A stretch of DNA of 64,000 nt, taken from assembly GCA_950097015.1 (NCBI GenBank), contig CATNEN010000031.1:1860001-1924000 (forward strand), written 5' to 3'. The DNA is from Macrostomum hystrix (taxonomy: Eukaryota; Animalia; Platyhelminthes). Positions within the stretch are counted from its first letter, which is position 1. The number at the start of each line of letters is the position of its first letter. Under the pieces are notes generated by a model. That model searched no databases. It had not been told where the DNA came from and was given only the letters and a program-made list of their open reading frames with translations. Shown piece by piece: positions 12,466 through 25,184 of this stretch. A program made the translations under genes and the position numbers.

Positions 12466-12767
12466 CTGAATGTTACTATCTCTATTACTTAAAGCAGTAT
12501 ATATCGCTTTCTACTCTGACCAGATATTAGCTTAAATAGAATTTGACCTGCGTTCTTGCAGATCGCAATTTCAGTGAAGGGGCACTTTCAGACTATGTGC
12601 AACTTTCTAAAGTAACTTTTTGCTTCGGAAATAACTCAATAAAAACGGATTTCCTTAAAAGCACACTCGAATGCTTGGCTTCATTTAGGAGCCTGTTTTA
12701 GTATTAAACTGTTTTAGTATTAGTATTTAACAATTCTCAATCTAGTGATCTCTAAAGTCACTGATCT

Positions 12768-13655
12768 ATTTGTGTCTACCAATGACTGATCTATGGGTGT
12801 CTACAATGACTGATCTATGGGTGTCTGAAATGACTGATCTATGGGTGTCTACAATGACTGATCTATGTGTGTCTGAAATGACTGATCTATGGGTGTCTGA
12901 AATGACTGATCTATGTGTGTCTGAAATGACTGATCTATGGGTGTCCGAAATGACTGATCTATGGGTGTCTGAAATGACTGATCTATGGGTGTCTACAATG
13001 ACTGATCTATGTGTGTCTGAAATTACTGATCTATGTGTGTCTGAAATGACTGATCTATGGGTGTCTACAATGACTGATCTATGTGTGTCTGAAATGACTG
13101 ATCTATGTGTGTCTGAAATGACTGATCTATGGGTGTCTGAAATGACTGATCTATGTGTGTCTGAAATGACTGATCTATGTGTGTCTGAAATGACTGATCT
13201 ATGGGTGTCTGAAATGACTGATCTATGTGTGTCTGAAATGACTGATCTATGGGTGTCTACAATGACTGATCTATGGGTGTCTGAAATGACTGATCTATGT
13301 GTGTCTGAAATGACTGATCTATGGGTGTCTGAAATGACTGATCTATGTGTGTCTGAAATGACTGATCTATGGGTGTCTACAATGACTGATCTATGTGTGT
13401 CTGAAATGACTGATCTATGGGTGTCTACAATGACTGATCTATGTGTGTCTGAAATGACTGATCTATGGGTGTCTGAAATGACTGATCTATGGGTGTCTGA
13501 AATGACTGATCTATGTGTGTCTGAAATGACTGATCTATGGGTGTCTACAATGACTGATCTATGGGTGTCTGAAATGACTGATCTATGGGTGTCTGAAATG
13601 ACTGATCTATGGGTGTCTGAAATGACTGATCTATGGGTATATGAAATGACTGATG
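12768..13655. repeat. 24-bp minisatellite (ATGACTGATCTATG(G/T)GTGTCT(GAA/ACA)), about 36 copies
   Basis: Direct inspection. It produces the spurious MTDLWVSE and SDTHRSVI ORFs. Confidence 0.97.
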
Positions 13656-14804
13656 TCTTGTTAATAATAATAGCATTTTGCATTGATCTTATTTTGTCAC
13701 CTGTTTCGATTCCTTAAGGCATAGATCAAGGTCAAGATTTACCAAGTATATCGATCTATAGTAGATGAAATAAGCAAGTTGATTGGAAAGCTTAGTGATT
13801 GGAAAGCCATCAGTTTTAGCTTGGCAACTAATCTGCCGATAAGAAAGCAAAGCCACAGCCCGGGCCATGGTAGACAGGTCAGGTAAAATTCTTAAATAGC
13901 TGAATCATGAGACACACAGAAAACTGTAATAAATGTTAAACAATTAGCTAATAGCGAGGGGTGCAAAGGTGCCTCCGCAGACAAAAACTAGAAATTCAAA
14001 ATCGGGGAATATCAAAGCTGAATAATTATTATTCGTCGCGCCGACGTAAGATATTTGTGGCATATTGTACAAAGACTTGTGTAAGATTAAATAAACTGTG
14101 TTTAATTTGGGCAAGAAATTGTTTTTAAAAAACTTTAATACAACTTTAGTTGTTGGAAACAATAAAATTGCAGCTTGAGAACTGTTATTAACTGTACGAG
14201 ATTCCTAGCAACATTGATATAAAGCGAAGGCTAGCATGCAGCTGCTTAAAATTGCTTACACAGATCCGATTAGTTAGTTCGCTATTTACTCAATGGGTGC
14301 GGTCGTTTTAAAATGAAAAAAATACACCCAGGGACCAGATGAGAAAAAATCAGATGATTAATTGTAGACACAATTGTAGTGACAAAATAAACATCAGAAA
14401 AAGAAACATAAAAGGAAGAAACAAAATATTTTTTCAGAAAAAAGTCAATTACAAAAAATACATTGTTCAACAAAAAACTGCGCAAAAAAGCGAGAGAACC
14501 AACCGAGCGAGCACGAAGCACCACGATATCGACAGAGAGAAGCATATGGGGAGAAATGATTGGGATGTGGGCGACTATGGGAGTTTCAGGTGCGGCAGGA
14601 TGACGAAAAACTAGCAGGCAAAGGGAAGACGCTAAAACAATCAGATTTGAAAATTGGGTGCTACTTAGCGACAACTGACAAATAAGCCAAAGCCTAAGCT
14701 AAAAAGCACAACTGCCTATTGCGGCGGCTATAGATGAAGGTAGGTCAAACGCTAGCCGCCGATATGTATAGAAAAAGTAAAAAACTAGAATAAATTTAAC
14801 GAAA

Positions 14805-15060
14805 TAGGGAGAGAATATTGAGGGGGAGTGAGGAGGAAAGAGAGAAGGGGAGCGAAGAAGGGACGGAGACACGAGAGTGGAGAGGAAAGAGAAGAGAGAA
14901 AAGAGGAGGGGACGGAGAGGGACAGAGAGTCTAGACTCTACCGGGGAAAATAGAGGGAGAGGGGGGAAGGAGAGAGGAGAGGAAAGAGAGAGGGACAGAA
15001 GATAGTGGACAAGGAAGAACAAAGGGGAGAGGGGACAGAGGAGATAGGAGTAAAGATTAG
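14805..15060 (+). repeat. Purine-rich (GA) low-complexity tract
   Basis: About 250 bp that is mostly G/A on the + strand, immediately left of MITE copy 2. Confidence 0.8.
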
Positions 15061-15088
15061 TCCGTGTGCGATGCAATAAGCTTATTAA

Positions 15089-15686
15089 CAGTAGAACGAA
15101 CTATCAAGCGGGGGGGGGGGAATTCCCCCCTGACAATTTTTTTTGCTGCACACGAACGGAACAATGCAAGCACACGAAACTCAAGAACACGGCCAACTTT
15201 TTGTTGCGCATCTTCTGAAACAAGAAACAAGTCGCCAGCTCTTCAGACCGTCGAGATATTCAATGTTTCTGACCGAAGGTCCGATTTTTCCCATAAGAGC
15301 TAGTGTATTTCATACACCCCTATACACGAATTTGCACTGCGCCTCAGTGCGGCCTTTCCAGACCTTCAAACTTTTATCAGCATGTCACCCGAATGTGCCT
15401 GCATCATCTCCGACTTTGGCGGTCACCGACCTTTATCTAGATCTATCTCTCTTATCTATCTAGACCTTCAAGAGCTACAACATGTGGAACTAGGCCACTA
15501 TGGACACCCTGACGCGAATTTCTCCAATTTCACTGTTCAAGCCTAACTATTAGGCGCAGCTCAACCACAGGACACCCTCGACTAGTCTGTCAACCAATCA
15601 GTCACCCCCAAAGCATTCAGGCGCTGGCAAAACATTCCCCCCCTTGGTATAAAAACGGGCGGCAAAATGGCTTGGTAGTCCTACTG
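15089..15686 (-). mobile_element. TTAA-flanked CAGTAG MITE, copy 2 (inverted relative to copy 1)
   Basis: Structure TTAA|CAGTAGAAC ... GTCCTACTG|TTAA (15085-15088, 15687-15690). Body is the reverse complement of 4748-5387 with substitutions and indels. Confidence 0.85.
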
Positions 15687-16170
15687 TTAAGCACACAACG
15701 GACAGGAAGGGGGGCCGCATCAGAAGGAGTAGATCTGCGATATAAAAAAACTAAAAACTATTTTGACAAAAGAAAACAACAAAACTCACACACGTACAGG
15801 TCGGCTGAAAAATGAGAAAAATGACTGCACTGTCTATATATATATATAGCACGCTTGCTGTGACTGGGAAGGCGAAAAGAAAGGTTAACGGGCTTTCTTA
15901 TAATACTCTGAGAAGCAGAAAAAGAACTATTTAATGTCGGGACACGCAGGTTGTATTCGCTTTGTGACAAATACGGGATGCCATGAAAATTGCTCCATTG
16001 CAGACGGGTCTATTGACGCGCACAATAGACCGAAAATTCAACTCACTGTGGCTGCAGTAAAATAGTCAAGAATAAGCAGCGTGACCAATAACTTTATATA
16101 TTACTAGAATTATAATAGATAGTAATAATAAGTGGAACTAGAATAATAATAACAGATAATAATTATAATA

Positions 16171-16481
16171 GGAGGTTGTAGCCTAGTGGTTAGAGCGTCG
16201 GACTCACGACTTGAAGGTCGGAGGTTCGATTCCCCACTCCACTGGAACGATTTGTGCCATTTAGCAAGACACTTAACTCTGCATTGCTTCAGTTCACCCA
16301 GTTGTTAAATGGGTGCCAGCATCAGCTGGGACAATTGAAGGTGGATGTGGCGTCCCCCCCAGTCCATGGACTGAACAGCAGTACGCAGCCTTCAGATGCT
16401 CCGCGCAATAGCTGTGGCTGTGCTGTCGGCTGCACGTCTGGCCCAATTGGGGCAGGTGTAATCAATTACTACAATTACAAT
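16171..16481 (+). mobile_element. tRNA-derived SINE family A, best-preserved copy
   Basis: Head GGAGGTTGTAGCCTAGTGGTTAGAGCGTCGGACTC...GGTTCGATTCCC carries A and B boxes. Central GTGCCATTTAGCAAGACACTTAACTCTGCATTGCTTCAGTTCACCCAG..TAAATGGGTGCC is CORE/Meta-like. Short AATTAC-like tail. Several other copies occur in the window. Confidence 0.85.
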
Positions 16482-16514
16482 AGATAAATATACATTGTAA
16501 TAAACTCTGAGATT

Positions 16515-16685
16515 CGTACTTCTAATCGAGAGGTCGGGAGTTCGATTCTATGCGCAAGTTAAGCACTTATTCCTGCATTGCTTCAGCTCACCTCAAAGGT
16601 AAAATAGGTGCTAGCATGAGCTGGGGTTGAATTTGTGGTGCAAGTCCAGCAGCCCCTAGTCCACGGACTGAACAGCTATGTACAG
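16515..16685 (+). mobile_element. SINE family A, degenerate copy
   Basis: GGGAGTTCGATTC B-box, GCATTGCTTCAGCTCACC and AGTCCACGGACTGAACAGC are shared with 16171-16481. Confidence 0.65.
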
Positions 16686-17073
16686 GTTCATTTACAACAG
16701 TGCAATTTTTCAGGCATCTAAACAAATTGAATAGATAATTATGGCTATTGTTAGGACTACAAAAACATCAAACGATTGTGAGTTACTAAAAAAATACTTT
16801 TGAATTTAATATGCGAAATAGTATCGCCAAGGAAAAAGGACTCCATTTGACAACCAAATACTGATTTGAAAACAAATTAAGCATTTGTTAATAGTCTAGC
16901 ACTAGAATTCTGCGGCAATTCGGTTATCCTTGTTCCCACCTGTGCTAACCTGCTTGTGGTGTAAATATAAATCAAATAATATACAAATTAATAAAATTAT
17001 TTTTTTGTTACAGTTCAAGACAAGCTGCTAAGGAAACAATCGCCAGTCACACAATTTCTGAAGGGAAGATAAT

Positions 17074-20000
17074 TTACATAAAGATTACACCTTTACTGGC
17101 CGTGTCGTTAGATACGGCCGCGACGGCGCAGCCATTGTCCGGCCCGGAGGTAGAGGAAGCGGCTGCCAGCATCTTTCTACGCGCCTCTCGCTTCATTTCG
17201 GCCAGTCTTTCCCGACGCTGTCGATCGGCTTCGCTGCTGGCACTGGCGACGCCGCCGCCTAAGCTCGACTTCTTTGCCGCTGGTCGTTTTGCGGCCGCGG
17301 CTTTAGTCGACTTTGCCGGCGACGCCGAGATGGACTCCACCACAGCGGTTGCCAAGGGAACAGTGGCCTTGACAACAAAGCCTGCTTCGCGTATTGACTG
17401 GCACTGTTGCAGCAGTTTAGTTAGGTCGTCAATCTGCAGGCCGCAGATGGCCCAGAAGCCGTTCAGATCGCAGTACTGGGTGACACCGCCGGACAAGTTG
17501 TCCTCGCATAGGCCGCGGAATTGGGCCAGCTTCTCTGTTAGGAACAGCTTGGCCTTGCCAACGGCCACGCGGAATATGCCGGCCACTGGCGGATGGGAAA
17601 TGTAGACAGCAGATGAATTGCGAAATACGGAGGGGTAAGTTGGGAAACAGAGACAGGGATTGGTAAACGCGGACAGGTATTAGGAAATGGGGACAGGTAT
17701 TTAGAAAAAGTGGACTGGTATTGGAGATGCGGACAGGTAGTAGGAAATGTGGAAAGGTATTAGGAAATGGGGACAGGTATTGCAGATGCGGACAGGTATT
17801 AGGAAATGGGGACAGGTATTGGAGATAAACACAGGTATTAGAGATGCGGACAGGTATTAGGAAATGGGGACAGGTATTGGAGATGCTGACAGGTATTAGT
17901 AAATGGGGACAGGTATTTAGAAAAAGTGGACAGGTATTGGAGATGTGGACAGGTATTGGAGATAAACACAGGTATTAGAGATGCGGACAGGTATTAGGAA
18001 ATGGGGACAGGTATTGGAGATGCGGACAGGTATTAGGAAATGGGGACAGGTATTGGAGATGCGGACAGGCATTAGGAAATGCAGACAGGTATTGGAGATG
18101 CGGACAGGCATTAGGAAATGCGGACAGGTATTGGAGATGCGGACAGGCATTAGGAAATGCGGACAGGTATTGGAGATGCGGACTGGCATTAGGAAATGCG
18201 GACAGGCATTAGAGATGGGGACAGATATTGGAAATGCGGACGGGTGTGTTGGGAATTGCGGTCAAACAACATAGCGCTCACCCTCCTCGGACATCTCCGG
18301 GCCAGCCTCATTTGCCAGAACTGCTTCAATCCAGCCGGTCTCTGCTCGAATCTTTTTCTCCTCCCGGTCGGCCAGCATTAAAAAGTATTTACCGGCGCAT
18401 TTCCCGCTACCAGACTTGCCCTCGTTGGTGTCGGCGGCGGCTGCGTCATCGACATCCTCGCCATCCGGCTCGGCTGCGTGCATCGCATCAAAGTTTAACG
18501 AGCGGGTCATGCCGGCATTTAGAATAGTGGCGCCTCGAATTGCCGCGCTAATCATGATCAGCGATGAGCGTTCGCGCGCTCTGGCATCGGCTAGAAGTGC
18601 GGAGGCGGCCGATTCTGAGGCGACAACAGCGGCAGCCGCGATGGCTGCGTCTGAGATTTCTCCGGCGCCGCTTGTTGCAGACGAGTCGCCTCCTGGTACG
18701 TCGCATTCGGTGCAGCTCTTTGTCTGTAGGATGAAGATTGGGGAGAGGTTGCAGACCAGTAGATCAAGCTTCAGAACAATGTTCTATGTTCTATATATAT
18801 TAAAAATCTATGTTCACGTTAAAGACATTGTCTAGTGCAGAAAAATAACAATACGAATGAAATTACCTTTCTGCGCATGTAGCCGGCCATTCTTCGACCG
18901 CCTGGCGAGGCGCGCCTGCTAGGCGTTGAACAGCCGATTGGCAGCGGCAGCAGCAGCTGGGCCTGTTGAATAACAGCGGCAGTGGCGGCGTGCGATGGCG
19001 AGGCACCACTGCGAGTTGGCCGCAAAATAACAGGCACTTCGGATGCAGCGGCTGCGGTGACATCAACGGCCACCTCCGATGCAGCGGCTGCGGCGGCATC
19101 AGCAGCTGCGGCGGTGACATCAACGGCCACATCGGAAGCAGCGGCTGCGGCGACATCTGAATCGGTAACGCCAACAGTGGCTAGCGATTGCGGCTCTTGC
19201 GGCGTTGTCTCCGAGGCTTCTAAAACAGAATGCCGTAAATCATTATCGATTTTAAGAAAGCCAACTAAAGTGCACGATGAGATTACCAAGATACTAGTAA
19301 AATGAAAGAAATATGAATAACTCACCAGACAATGAGTCGACAGCAGCAGCGGCAGGCTTCTGCGTCTCCGCCACTCCAGACAAAAGTTCATTTGGCAGGT
19401 TCTCACTGCGCGAGCGTTCGCTTTCTGTTGCCATGGTGACTAAAAATTGTTTGGAAAATGTCTTATTGTTTTATAGCAATTTTTTTGGAAGCAGGCACTG
19501 CAAATTGGATACTAAAAAGTAGAGTTGTGTTACTTATCAAGTGTCCTAATAATATAACTAAATCGATCCTGAAAGTTATTATAGCCATGACAGAAGGACG
19601 GAAATAAAACTTCACTAGTAAGTTAATTTTAGCTACACAAGATAAAATGTAGGAAAATTCGGCAGATTGAGCATTAGACTAGTTAATTATCAGTCCACTA
19701 GAGCTATTTTCTTATCTAGCGAAAACTTGTAGGAGCGTATTGCCACACTCACCGGTGACAATGGGACCGCGCAGCTGCGGCTTTGTCGACGTAACGCCAT
19801 TGTTGGGCCGCTCGTCAGATTTAACTTTTACAGCGTCATTAGCAACAGCATCAACTGGGTAGTCTACTGGCGCTGGTTCCGTTTGGTGCAAGGTTGTTGA
19901 ATTATTCGAGGCCTTAGCAACGGAAACGGACAGTCCGTTGCTATGGGCTACCGGTTGGGCAGTGGCTAAAGAGAATACGAAAATTTATTTGAATTGTATT

Positions 20001-23000
20001 GAAGGCAAAAGCAATACACCGTACTACTTGATACAAGTAGTTTATGCGTGCGCATTTACAATAATTTTTACTATTGCCGAAAATTGTGTAACACATAAAA
20101 TTATAGGCTGAGCAGTCAATCTTAACTAACCGAGCCGGCTGTTGAAAAAAACGATACAAAATATTTCATAAACAATAATAGAACTAACTATAAAATGAAC
20201 TAGGCAATCTGAATATTATTGGATACACATCTTGGACAGTTGAACTGAACCCGATTAAACTCCGTCTGCCTAGGCCCAACGCGCAGTGTAGAATTAGTTG
20301 AAGCGTTAAATGCGTATAAGAAAGGTTTCCTTATTTAAATTGCTACAGTCGCAGTCTATGCACCGAAGCCACAGGCTACAGCCAAACAGGTTCCAGTAAG
20401 GCTGGAAAGGAAATTAGAACGCATCGAGACAAACAAGTCTGGCTTGAGGGCTCCTCGGTATCAAAAGCATGAACTGCAATCAACAAACCCAGACATTATC
20501 AATAATGAGCTTCGTATTAGCTGAATTGAGATTGGAAATAATACAAGAAATTTCAAGAGTGTGACAATTTAAATAAAGACGTTTCTAAAGAACGGAGGAA
20601 TCGTACAGAAAGATGGAAGAAATGTTTTGTCCTGAAAACAGGTGAAATGAACTGAAAAATCCAGGGCATGTCCTGAAGAACAGAGGGCATGTCTTGAAGA
20701 ACAGAGGGCATGTCTTGAAGGACAGAGGGCATGTCTTGAAGAACAGAGGGCATGTCTTGAAGGACAGAGGGCATGTCTTGAAGAACAGAGGGCATGTCCT
20801 GAAGAACAGAGGGCATGTCTTGAAGAACAGAGGGCATGTCTTGAAGAACAGAGGGCATGTCTTGAAGAACAGAGGGCATGTCTTGAAGAACAGAGGGCAT
20901 GTCTTGAAGAACAGAGGGCATGTCCTGAAGAACAGAGGGCATGTCTTGAAGAACAGAGGGCATGTCCTGAAGAACAGAGGGCATGTCCTGAAGAACAGAG
21001 GGCATGTCCTGAAGGACAGAGGGCATGTCCTGAAGAACAGAGGGCATGTCCTGAAGGACAGAGGGCATGTCTTGAAGAACAGAGGGCCTGTCTTGAAGAA
21101 CAGAGGGCATGTCCTGAAGGACAGAGGGCATGTCCTGAAGAACAGAGGGCATGTCCTGAAGAACAGAGGGCATGTCTTGAAGAACAGAGGGCATGTCTTG
21201 AAGAACAGAGGGCATGTCCTGAAGGACAGAGGGCATGTCCTGAAGAACAGAGGGCATGTCCTGAAGAACAGAGGGCATGTCTTGAAGAACAGAGGGCATG
21301 TCTTGAAGAACAGAGGGCATGTCTTGAAGAACAGAGGGCATGTCTTGAAGAACAGAGGGCCTGTCTTGAAAAACAGAGGGCATGTCTTGAAAAACAGAGG
21401 GCATGTGCTGAAAAAAGATTATACAGTACTGAATGATTGCGGGAATGTATTGAATGATGGTGAAATGCCTGTGAGGTGTGAAAATGACTCTGGGAATGTC
21501 CCCAAGAATGGGAGACACGCTAACGCAAACGAAGATTATAAAAGATTGCGTTCTTCAAGAACGCAAGAGATATCAAGAAAAAACTGCATCAACTGAAAAA
21601 AGAATTATGAAAAACTAGCCGTGGCTTTAAAGCACAAAGGATGGATTATTATGCATGGAATCAGGAAGTCGGGCCTGATATTGGTCGCAATGAAGCGCAA
21701 AGCTACAAGCATAGAGAAAGGCTGTAAGCAAATGAAACTAATAATAGCAACTAACACATTCAACAATTTGAATTCGTAAACAATGGCCTAGGCTAAAGAT
21801 AACTCACCCTCACTGAGCGCTGTTGGCTCCTGACCGTTGGATCCGATTCTTTCATCCACAGGCGATCGCTTGATCTTCTTGGGCATTCTTAGCAGCTTTC
21901 TAAAACTGGGAAACCTGGACGAGTTGGACTTCTTTGGAGTGTCGCCGGCGCCAGCGGAGGTCACCGACGCCGAAGCGGCATCCTGACGCTGTCCGGACCG
22001 GAATCGGTTGAGAAACCCGAAATTTCTCTTACTGCCGCCGCTATTGCCGCTGGCACCGACTGCTGCTGCTGCTGCTGGCTGCTTGCCTGTTGAATCTGAC
22101 TCTGCACCCGATGGTCGACTGTGATTGTCGCCCCTGCTGTCTGGCGTCAGGACGCAGTCGTTTGAGGCGCTCTCAGACAGGCCGGCTTCGTTGTCCGACA
22201 TGTTCAGCGTGTCGTCCGCTGAGCGGCTGCGGCTAAGCCGCGCTGCGTCTTGCTGCTGCTGCTGCCTGGAAAACAATGAGTATTGGGTTATATACACCCT
22301 TGCGCTGACAGGATACTATATGTCAACAAAAAAGCATACAAAAAGCAAAATAGCGATACGTTTTAATGCATACAAAAGCTTTCATGGGGGCTGTACTAGT
22401 ACTAAGCGTTAGCTGGGGGCAATTGTGGCGCCCCAATTCCCAGTTCATGGGCTAAACAGCCGTATGCAGCCATCAGATGCTCTGTAGCCTATGGTGTGGG
22501 GACTATGATATCGGCTGCACATCTGGCACAAATAGGGCTCGATTACTAACGTTACCTATTACTCTAATATACTTTACGATGGAATATTTCTACTTATTTT
22601 TAGAACTACTCCTAATACAAGCAACATTTTTAAGTATCTCTGCAATATTGTCTGTGTAACAAATTTTAGGTTTTTGAGAATGTTTTGCAATTTAACAAGC
22701 TCTCTCCTAATCGAAAAACGCAAAAACTAATTTCTACCTATGAGCGGCGGCGCTCTGACGGCGCGGAGGCGGTATCGGTCTAGAGTCAACATCAAGGTCG
22801 GAGCCGACTGCGTCAGCTGCAGTATCCGAGGACACCTGGCACTTCAGCAAGTATGCGGCCTCCCTATTAATTTCTTGCCGGCGCTCAGTCATCATGGTCT
22901 GCAGTCGCGAGCTGAGCAACTCTAGACTATTGCCTAAAGAGGAATTAACAACTGGCAATGGCCTTGGCGACAGTGGCTGGTCTAGTGAGGCTGCAGATAC

Positions 23001-23261
23001 GGCCAGGTTGGTGGCAGCTCTCAAAGAGTTTGGCTTGCTAGCTGGCTTAGAAGCGGCTGGTGTATGGCTGCGACTATCCAGGAATGAGACCGGAGCATTG
23101 GTTGGTTGGTAATGGTTCACCTGGGCATACCTAGTGATGCGGTCTTGAGATTTGCCTGGTGTTAAGCTAGTCACCACAGAGCCGGTGTGCACAGGAACTC
23201 TACTGGACTGCAGCAGGGTGTACAGGCTTGTGTTGTGTGGCTGGTGGCTGCACATAAAACT
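17074..23261 (-). CDS. DLGAP: DLGAP/GKAP-family protein (SAPAP/HURP/Mars-like) with C-terminal GH1 domain, about 870 aa
   Basis: Seven exons (23261-22738, 22265-21808, 19965-19753, 19439-19326, 19219-18867, 18723-18282, 17585-17074) total 2616 nt with consistent phases 0/2/1/1/1/0/1. GH1 motif GKYFLMLADREEKKI...EMSEEVAGIFRVAVGKAKLFLTEKLAQFRGLC...DLNGFWAI is present. Further 5' exons are possible (for example near 25450-25560). Confidence 0.88.
17670..18235. repeat. 39-bp (19+20) minisatellite in the last DLGAP intron
   Basis: GCGGACAGGTATTAGGAAATGGGGACAGGTATTGGAGAT and variants, about 14 copies, lying within intron 17586-18281. Confidence 0.93.
20663..21410. repeat. 21-bp minisatellite (CATGTC(T/C)TGAAG(A/G)ACAGAGGG), about 35 copies, in a DLGAP intron
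   Basis: Direct inspection; lies in intron 19966-21807. Confidence 0.97.
22395..22535 (+). mobile_element. SINE family A, 3' fragment
   Basis: AGCTGGGG..CAGTTCATGGGCTAAACAGCCGTATGCAGCCATCAGATG..TCGGCTGCACATCTGGC is homologous to 16320-16450. Confidence 0.6.
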
Positions 23262-25184
23262 CTGAAAAATAAAACAAACATAATGGAATCTGAGTTCTGA
23301 GATTTAAATATTGCTTACAATATTGTGGTATTCAGAATGGCATTTTCAAGGATTTTTTGTTTTATAATGTGTAATATTGTATAATATATTACATATAAAG
23401 ACACATCCAACTAAAAAATTGCTTTTATAAAAAGTGCAGCATAAAAAATAAAAAAGTAAAGAAAAATTTCATATAAACTTTGAACTTTTTGACCTTAGAA
23501 ATTAGCAATAATTACCTTCTTAACATTTAATATTAGTATAGAGTAGCTTAAAAATAAATAAAAAAACTGTTCTATTAGTATATCAGTTACTACCTAAAAT
23601 ATATAATATTCAATATTCCTTACATTCTCTATATTGTTAAACATAAATTTACTAACTATATAATTAGCTAAATTTCTAAGCATTAATGAACCAATCAAGA
23701 TATAAAATAGCATATTTCAATGGCTAGCCAAGTAACTAGCCAAGAAAAAAAAGATTAATAATTGTGGCAATTGTAGCCACATAAGGTTTCTTTTTAGTTG
23801 ATGGAGAACAGGTAACATGCAGCACATTCCAAAAGATTATAATTTATAGGCTGGCACATGTACATGAGCTTAAAGCCCTATGCACAGTGCACACTGCCCT
23901 GGCCCAGTGCAAGTGCTAGTCAAAACATAAGGTTGGGGTGGCAGCCCTAGGCCTAGTGCCACATAGGGCGCTGGAGAGAGCAGCCGCCACATAATGTTAT
24001 ATTCCTTCCCAGAATACAATTTATTGCTTCTAGAAAAAAGGCTAGAGAAGTAGACAATGGGCCCATAAATATTATTAAGCAACACAAAAGCGTTTTTTAC
24101 TTAATAATGTTGCATCAATAAGTAAAATCAATAATTGTCTACTTAAGATCTACTTAAGACAATATCAGGTTAGATGAATGGTTCATTTCGATCAATTAGG
24201 CCTAGTATTAGTTTTATGAAGAAAGAAAAATACTCCATTGACATTAAGCATAAGATTTTCTCTAGATTTTATCAACACAAATATATATTAGATTAGCCAA
24301 GATATTTGTAAGATTTAGTAAGATTTGTGTTGTGTAGCACTAGTGACTAGTGCTATTCATAAGTTAGCTAGAGATAGCTGGACTTTGAGGTAAAGCCGAA
24401 ACAGTGCAAGTAAAAAATCGTCGTATGTGTAGCGTAAGCTCATGAAATGTAGCTAAATAAGCTAGTTCCATCGTTAGCCTTAGGTCCTAGCAAGCCACTA
24501 ATGCTATGCATATCCTTAATATTTACATGCGTTAGCAGTTATCATAGTCATCTCTATGGCTTTCGACAAATCAACTTGAGACGACGTCCGATTAAGCTAT
24601 TCGCGAGTTTTTTGAATATCAGATTAATATTTAGTCATGATTTCCGGTGCATCAGATGCGCGTTAATAGATATGATAAATAGATAAGTATTCCTCCAACA
24701 TTATTTTTGATAATATTAAAAGTAAGGAGCGTTTGCATTCTAAGTTCTATTATAGTTACAGTGTACTGACTGACTTTGTTAGTTTTTTACGCCTGTTTTC
24801 AAAGTAAGGCAACTTTGCTTTGCTTTGCTTAATTTTGCTTTCGATTTTATCGTCATGTACTTAATTATATGTTTATGACTTCATCCTGTTTTTAATTCTG
24901 CAGTTAAAATCTCTAAAAATGTCCCTTTTATAGAACATAAATAGACAGCTAGATTGTTTTTTGTTGCCTAAAGTTTTTTAAATAATGTAATATTTTTTTA
25001 CTTGCCTCGTTGCACTAAAAGGGCACCCGTTTTGACAGAGATAGGGTCTAAGAAACGGTAATCGAACATGCGCGACGGTCGCCTAATAGGCAACTCCGAA
25101 CATTTTCTTTGTTCCGAGAACATGTTCTTTTAAATTAATAAGGCTACTTAATGCATATTAATAAATTAATAACATGAAGAAAAA

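Noticed and set aside
12766-13717. 305-aa and 315-aa antiparallel ORFs
   Set aside because: Both are translations of a 24-bp minisatellite with no unique coding flanks or splice links.
16171-16245. tRNA gene
   Set aside because: A and B boxes are present, but there is no acceptor-stem closure and the head continues into a repeated SINE body.
17917-18274. MPVRISNTCPHFL and MRTGIRKWGQVLE repeat ORFs
   Set aside because: They derive from the 39-bp minisatellite inside a well-defined DLGAP intron.
20553-21596. 321-aa and 300-aa ORFs as genes
   Set aside because: Minisatellite translations inside a DLGAP intron whose flanking exons join in phase without them; kept only as a low-interest finding.
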